From Chrysomallon squamiferum (taxonomy: Eukaryota > Animalia > Mollusca): a DNA stretch of 64,000 bases. The stretch is from positions 7,502,001 to 7,566,000 of the forward strand of contig CM022672.1 of the NCBI GenBank assembly GCA_012295275.1, written 5' to 3'. Both the position numbers and the translations under genes were made by a program. The notes below the pieces were generated by a model. It was not told the origin of the DNA, ran no database searches, and was given only the letters and a program-made list of their open reading frames with translations. This document shows positions 56,979 through 64,000 of the stretch, in pieces. The first letter of the stretch is position 1. Every line of letters begins with the position of its first letter.

Positions 56979-58566
56979 TTATTATTATTTTAAATACATT
57001 TTGAAAACTGCAGTCCATCAGTGAAAAAAGTTTAATTTGTAGTTAAAAATAAATCAGTTTCTTGGGTTGTAATAGTTTTCTTATTTGTATTGGTTTCAAA
57101 GATAAAATTTGAAGATACTGTCATATCTAATGAAAATAAATAATATTTGATCTTTGCAGTCTTTAAGTATGTTATCAACATATTCATTTCCTTCAGACAT
57201 ATTAATTATTTTTCTTTTTTTTACCATTTCGTTCATTCCCATAAAATATTCGTACGTAAACAGTTCCCTTCCCCGAGTTAGATATCACCCGCAAGACCTC
57301 ATGTTCTCTGTTCCTGAAACGAGATATTTTCTTACAAGCTTATTCTCTAAGTATTAATAACAATAATTTATTAGCTAGACACATCAGTAAGGAAATAAGT
57401 AAATAAATACACAAATAAATAAAACTGAAAGTATATTTTTATATTTTCATTCTTCCTGATCATAGAACAGTTGAGAGAGACATAACAAATACACAGATTG
57501 AGTATTTAATAAGAGCTTTCTTTTTTTTCTTTTTTTAATTTTCTCCTATTGATCACTGTGATTATTTTTCTGAAGTTAGCGTGTTCAGCAGTTCAGACCT
57601 AAAGACTGACTGGCTGTAGGCTGTGAGAAAAATCGGTTGACCAAACACCAATCTCTCTCAATTCGTTATCGTTGAAGAGCCTAATTTCTTTTGTAAAGGA
57701 AATCTAAAATATCGCAACAGCAGATGATAAAATGTTTTTATTTTGGACTGTCGTGAACGAACCAGCTTGGATTTCTCTTACTGTGTGACATTTTTTAGTT
57801 ATAACAAGTTGGTAACAAGATGATTATGGTGTGTGTGATATTGTTTGATAGCGCACTGTGAGGTGTTTGTTCAGACGTGGAGACAACGTGAAATATTATA
57901 CCTGTGTATTTGATGATACGTTTGGTAATAACTGCAGCAGTATTTATGAGACATTGGATTGGAGTGTAAATAAAGAAAAGTGAAATAGATAAACAAATTT
58001 CTGTTAACCAAGGTTGAAAAATGGTGTGAATATTTGGAAGTTTAGTTTTCTTTACTTGTATTTATTCATTATTCATTATTCATTATTTTCTATTTGCTAT
58101 TTAGTTGTTTGGGGTAGGTCTTGTTTTAGTGTTGACTGGATTTCTCGTTTGTTTTTAAATTATTAATTATTTTCTTCGTAGTTTAATGTAATAATAAAGT
58201 AATATGTTGTTAATGGCATTCGTTGCAACATGTACACAGTGTCATTGGTGTACAAACAAAGCAGAGTCTGAAATAAAATCTGATTCTAAATATCAACCAG
58301 ATGGCAAGTTTATTAAGAATCACTCCAGTAAGATTTGTGACAGATATGTAATTGTACACATTGGATGGTTTAGCATTATGTTACAGTGGAACTGTAGATG
58401 CGATCCAAGAATTAGAGATATGGTTTATATTTCAATAACGAAATATGATAGGTGTGGTATTAAAACGTAGCCAGTCTACATTAACAACAAAACATATTTG
58501 TTTGCACATAAGGATATTTCTAACATTTCGTTTTCGTTTTGCAGACTGCCTTCAACACATCACAGT

Positions 58567-58683
58567 ATGGACGAATTCAGGTGTGAAGGTGCTGACTGGT
58601 TCGATGGATGTTTGGAACACTTAGAGTCTAAAAATGTCCGCCAAGTATCAACGACTGAGAAAACGGAACACCCGCTCATGTGA
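58567..58683 (+). promoter_or_regulatory. Out-of-frame upstream ORF (38 aa) overlapping the amine oxidase start codon
   Basis: AGTATGG context at 58567, within the exon opened by the acceptor TTTTGCAG (58544). It ends at TGA 58681-58683, downstream of the main ATG at 58634. Confidence 0.45.
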
Positions 58684-61600
58684 GGATCTCCCCAGTGTTG
58701 CTGAATCGTCACGTCGTAGTTCCTATGAGGACATCCGAACTCAAACATTCATGGTAATTTTACGTACATTTGATAAACATAAATAATTATAAAATTATGA
58801 ATAACTAAAACCAGGGCAAGCTTGTTTATTAAGTCATTTAACACATAATTCAGAAATGGAACTAATTTTCAAAGTAGTGTAATGTATAATGAGCTTGTTG
58901 TTAAAGAATTACATTACTACAGATCACTAGATCAATATTTAACACGTTCTTTTCGCTATATCCCGAATGGATTATTCAAGGCTATGCGTGGTACGTACTG
59001 TGTATGTACTCCATAAGAGGCTCCTTGTGAAAAATTCTAACTGCTTTGAATCAGAAATGAAAACACAGTGGTGGTAATTTTCTTTACTGATACATAAAAC
59101 AAATAATATTTCAAAAAATGTAAAAACAACTCATTACCCGACTGAGTCTTCATCATATATATTAATTATCTGTGCATGTTTGAAAAGATTCTCTGTAGCC
59201 AGTCAGTAAAGTTTAGCACCTAAAGGATTCCTTTATCTTTGTTGTTAAAAGTAGTAATACTATTTAAATTTCAGATAAAATCGCAGAGAAAAATTCTGTT
59301 ATTAAAATATAAATACAAAGATATATATATATCGTTGTTTTGTTATTTTTTTTTCTTCTTCTTTCTTCTTTACTACCAAGTAAGTAATCATTTACCTTCA
59401 GCTATGGAACTATGGTTAATTTAAAATTCGTCTTTTTCCAGGCAATGGGTGAAGGAGAACAGAAGGTATTGATAGTGAGACCAAGATGGTGGGATGCACG
59501 CATCATAATGTCGGCGATGGCGCTCGTCATCCTCGCTCTTCTCACTGCGCTGATCGTGGTAGTCATTCGAAAAAACTCTCCGACGTACTGCGAGAGAGGA
59601 ACCGGGATCATTCCGCGAAACTGGGACAGTCCTGGCATATTCGAAGATCTGACACCTAAAGAAATGAAGACTGTACGAGATTACATTTTAGGTATCGATT
59701 CTTTAAACCTGAAACCACACAAAAGCGCCAGCTTAAACAGCAGTTATATTTACATGATAGATCTTCAAATACCTCTAAAAGCGGCTGTCATACAATACCT
59801 GGATCGTGGACACAGAAAACCAGGAAGAGCCGCCAAAGTGATTTTATACAGAGGCGACATGGATCCACCTAACGTAGAGGAATATCTGGTTGGACCTTTA
59901 CCAAAACCCACTTATTATCATCGCCTTGCTAATCCTTCGTACAGAAAAATTCCCATTCCTTTCACAAGCCGAATGGTAGATTCCATAGAATATCGAAGTC
60001 TTTATAAAATCATTTCAGAGATCTCGAAACAGCTGTATCCGATTTTCAGAGAGAGTTATGGTCTTCATTATCACAACTGTACGAAGGGTGTCGATTGTCT
60101 TATCTTTTTCGACATAGGTCCGAGAGGCCTCAAGAGTGGGGACAGACAGAGCTGGTTCTGGGCGTTCAGGGACGTGGAGGGTTACTATTTACACCCACTG
60201 GGCTTCGAGATATTGATTGACCACCGGTCAGTTGATCCTAGCGAGTGGACTGTACTGAAAGTTGTGTATAATGGACACATGTTTCGCAATGTGGAAGAGC
60301 TGATAGAGGCGTACGATTCTGGTGGAGTTGTTAAACTGCGGATGCACATGGACAAGTTTGATGCCGCTTATTCTTCATATAATCGCAGAGGTCCGGGACA
60401 TTACGACGTTCCACGACAAGGCCCGAGACTATTCGAGCCTGAAGGACGAAGATTTAGTGTGGATGGCCAGCACATCCAGTATTTTGGCTGGAATATGAAC
60501 TTCAGAATCCGAACATCTACGGGAATGCAGTTGTTTGACATCCGGTTCCAGGGTGAGAGGATTGCTTACGAAATAAGCCTTCAAGACGCTACTGTGTTTT
60601 ACACCGGATATGGTCCGGTCGCCATTAGTGGTAACTATTACGACACTTCGTGGCTTCTCGGTGGTTCTCTCTTTGAACTAGTTCCTGGTGTTGACTGTCC
60701 TACGACAGCGTCCTTTCACGATGCTTATCATTATTTCGATGACACCGGACCAAAATATTACAAAAACGTTGTGTGTATTTTTGAACAAAATGCTGGAATG
60801 CCGTTAAGACGTCACTACGCCAATGATTTTAAAGGCGGTTATGGTTTTTACGGAGGACTTACGAGTTACAGTCTGGTTGTGAGGACTATCACTAACGTGT
60901 GGAACTATGACTACGTGTTTGATTACATTTTTCATCTTAACGGAATTATTGAAATCAAAGTTTCTGCAACTGGCTATCCACAATCCTCGTTTGCTCTGGA
61001 TGCCGAAAGAAGATATGGTGGCATTATTTACGACAACGTCGTTGCAAATTTTCATCAACATTTGTTCCACTACAAAGTCGACCTCGATATTGTCGGAACG
61101 AAAAACCGCTACGCTACACTTGATATATCACGTGAAACGGTTCCAAACCCGTGGTTTCCCGGGGTAAACAAAACTCAGATGAGATTTGACAAGAAACTGA
61201 AAACGAGCGAAAAGCATGCAGCTACAGAGTATGACTTTGACAGTCCTAAATACCACATCGTTTACAATGACAAAGCTACCAATCGTTATGGAAGTCATCG
61301 TGCTTACCGTATAGATCACAGGTCCATGACGAAATATCTTTTGGACGGTGTAGATGTCACTCAGGCGGCTGGCTGGGCCAAGTACCAAATAGCTGTAACA
61401 AAATTTGAAGACACTGAAGAAACTAGCTCTTCCATCTATGCTCAGAATGACCCGTGGGATCCAGTTCTTGACTTCAGACGATTCGTTGACGATGATGACC
61501 CTATAGTGGATGAAGATTTAGTGTTCTGGTTAACAGCCGGGGTTCACCACATCCCGCATTCTGAGGACGTCCCTTCTACCGCGACTCCGGCCAATCAGTT

Positions 61601-61796
61601 CAGCATCTTCCTGCGACCATTCAATTACTTCGACGAGTGTCCGAGCATGGTAATCAGTGACGCTGTTCTTATCCTGCCTGAAGACAATTACAAAAAGATA
61701 AATATAGATACTTTCGGGATATCGACCACGTCATCGTGCATACCAATGATGGGAACGAGTTTATATCGATACAACGGGACGAGACCTGTCGTCTGA
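58634..61796 (+). CDS. Copper-containing (TPQ) amine oxidase, AOC1/AOC3-like, type II membrane-anchored (about 824 aa)
   Basis: Coding exon 58634-58753 (ATG preceded by in-frame TAG; donor ATG|GTAATT) spliced in phase 0 to exon 59442-61796 (acceptor TTTTTCCAG). Signal-anchor IIMSAMALVILALLTALIVVVI. Catalytic Asp in NYYDTSW. TPQ consensus TNVWNYDY (Tyr codon 60906-60908). Cu ligands HQH (61053-61061) and HHIPHSED. C-terminal LRPFNYFDECP. Confidence 0.95.
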
Positions 61797-62957
61797 TTTT
61801 GTTTCATGTCTGCTAAAACAATTTAAAAAGGAAACGCGAGTGTTGATGATAAGGGAGATAACTCATTGCTTTAGACCAATAACTCATATTAAAGTGAAAT
61901 TGAATTGTTTAATAATTATGGCAACAGTTATTTTCTAGTAATAAAAAAGATAACCGACTTCATAATATCAGTGATTAAAATATGCAATAATACCTAAGTT
62001 AATACGAATTGTTTTATAGAGTAACAAACATAGTTACTTGAAATTATATGTCTTTATAAGCATCTTCCAGTATTTTTATTTTTCTGTTGATGTCTTCATC
62101 AAACGTTTTATACCTTCTTAATAAGAACTTTTTCCTTTTCTGTGTTATTTTTCTGATGTCCCTGAAAGCTCAATTTTATTTCATTTTACTTTAGCTTAAA
62201 TTCATGTATATCTGGTTTTATTGAAAATTATGTCATAAAGAGTTATTAAAATATTTGTGGATATGAACGTTGTTACTGTGGCGTTATTAATTTAATGAGA
62301 ATGCTGATTAACACGAATAACAAAAACAAAAATATTACTGCTCTTTATTATATTCACAACAGTAGAAAGTATGAAAACTTGACACCATATTTTTGTGAAC
62401 CTTTTGTAAAATAATGACAACAATAACAATTACAACAACGACGACGAACAATAATAAATTCTGCGACAATGAGTCGAGAGAATGTTGTTTAATGGTTCTT
62501 ACCTTTTGTGTATGGGGGGGTGTCTCTTTTTAAGAAAGTGTTTCTTTATTTTACCGTACGATTAAAATATTTATAATCAAATTATTATCAATATTATAGT
62601 TATTTACACAGTGTAAAAATATATATTAAGAAAGAGAGAGAGAGAATTTTTTTTTTTTTTTTTTTTTTTTCAAAAGGATTTCAGTCTTTGTTTCATAAAG
62701 CTATAATTCCGCTGAAGGCAAACTAAAGACTGCATAATTTAGTGAAATGTTGGAGAGTGTGCGTGTGTGTGTGTACTAAGATAAGTGAAAAAAAAACACT
62801 GGACATTTTTTCATTTGTGATATTATTTCGGAGACATACTGAATTAACTAGTTACGATGTAAGTTAATGGTTAGGTTTCACTGACATTTTTATTCAGCAT
62901 TAACTCTCTTGATACGATCACATAATTTAAAATAATTTTTTAATTTTCTTCCTTTTC

Positions 62958-62960
<3 letters not shown>

Positions 62961-63011
<51 letters not shown>
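62961..63011. repeat. (TA)n microsatellite
   Basis: Seen directly. Confidence 0.95.
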
Positions 63012-63015
<4 letters not shown>

Positions 63016-63620
63016 TCTATATTCGCAGAATCTTTATTTATATCTATTGTTATTATTATTATTATTATACATCCATTTTATTATTATTATTATTATACAT
63101 ACATACACACACATACACAAAAACACGCATACAAAAAATAGAAGAACCAATGTTGGTCTACAATTCTTAGTAGACAAAGATAACAAAAGTACAAATAAAC
63201 TTTGGAGATAATGTAATTAAATAATCGATTATGTTTTACCGTAGATGAATATGTGGTTATATATAAAATCAATTAGTTACCTGTCTACCATTAACCTCAG
63301 ATGAAAAGACACTGGGCTATCTGTAAAATCGTAAAATCAAGTTTCCCTGAATAACCGTGCTTTTCTGATAACAAGACATCCGATTCATTATAAATGTCAT
63401 TGATTTAAAGACAATAGGATAGGCATCGATAATTACTGGATCAAAGAGTCTTATCTAATTGCAAACTGACGATTTCACATTTACGATTACGCAAATACAA
63501 ATTACTGGTACAAAGCAAGTTGTTGCAGCGGATCACAAACATCTTGACGGAAAATAAAAGGGAGGAAGAAACTGCTTTCGTTTTCCGCATTCCTTTATGA
63601 TAGACGATTATCCATAATGC

Positions 63621-63784
63621 TTACCAGAAGGGAAAAGCTCCTTTCGCGTTTTCAAGGTACTTTGGTGGGTGCTGTTGTCGGAGACTGTATTGGTGGAGTA
63701 TTTGAGGGTTTAAGGGGCCCAGTGGAACTTGACCGGATTTTAAAGCAGGTCGAAGATCTTGAACAGGGTGGGTGGTGTTGACTA
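63621..63784 (-). CDS. Possible terminal coding exon of a minus-strand gene starting beyond the window
   Basis: Acceptor TTTTACTTACAG at 63785-63796 followed by GC-richer sequence. One frame reads VNTTHPVQDLRPALKSGQVPLGPLNPQILHQYSLRQQHPPKYLENAKGAFPFW*; an alternative Ser/Pro/Thr-rich frame is also open. Frame unresolved. Confidence 0.4.
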
Positions 63785-64000
63785 CTGTAAGTAAAATGGA
63801 AACAAATACAGTGGTATCTTAACATACGAGTTTAATTCGTTCCGTGACACGAGCTCGTAAATTAAATTTGCTCGTATATCAAATCAATTTTCCCAAATGA
63901 AATTAGTTGAAATACCATTAATCCGTTTCTTCCCCTCAAAAGCCACCCCAATTATTTCTAAAGTGTTTAAATAAGAAAAACGTATGAACAAAAGTCAAGT

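Noticed and set aside
59412-59441. ORF-track start of the 794-aa amine oxidase (MVNLKFVFFQ)
   Set aside because: These codons are the polypyrimidine tract and acceptor of an intron; the exon starts at 59442.
59850-59858. RGD tripeptide in the amine oxidase
   Set aside because: It falls in a conserved structural segment of the N-terminal domain, not at the AOC3 RGD position; probably coincidental.

Overview
Eukaryotic, AT-rich, microsatellite-dense animal DNA with GT-AG introns. It is probably a lophotrochozoan, plausibly a gastropod mollusc (inferred from gene content and SINE remnants). Manual exon assembly gives seven elements in order. (1) The 3' part of the DEAD-box helicase DDX31 (+). 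(2) A convergent pair of paralogous 12-exon secreted heme peroxidases (peroxidase-cyclooxygenase superfamily) with C-terminal 4-Cys thrombospondin type-1-like repeats: one in copy A (+), seven in copy B (-). Copy A has a 1-nt frameshift in exon 10. (3) A 2-exon orphan gene (-). (4) A complete 15-exon SERAC1 (+). (5) A type II membrane copper amine oxidase (+) with the whole ectodomain in one exon, a short upstream coding exon and an overlapping uORF. (6) A possible terminal exon of an off-window gene (-). (7) SINE, MITE and RTE-like relics. The best novelty candidate is the TSR-tethered peroxidase pair, possibly coupled to the nearby H2O2-producing amine oxidase in extracellular matrix cross-linking. 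Most short ORFs in the supplied track are microsatellite or antisense artefacts.
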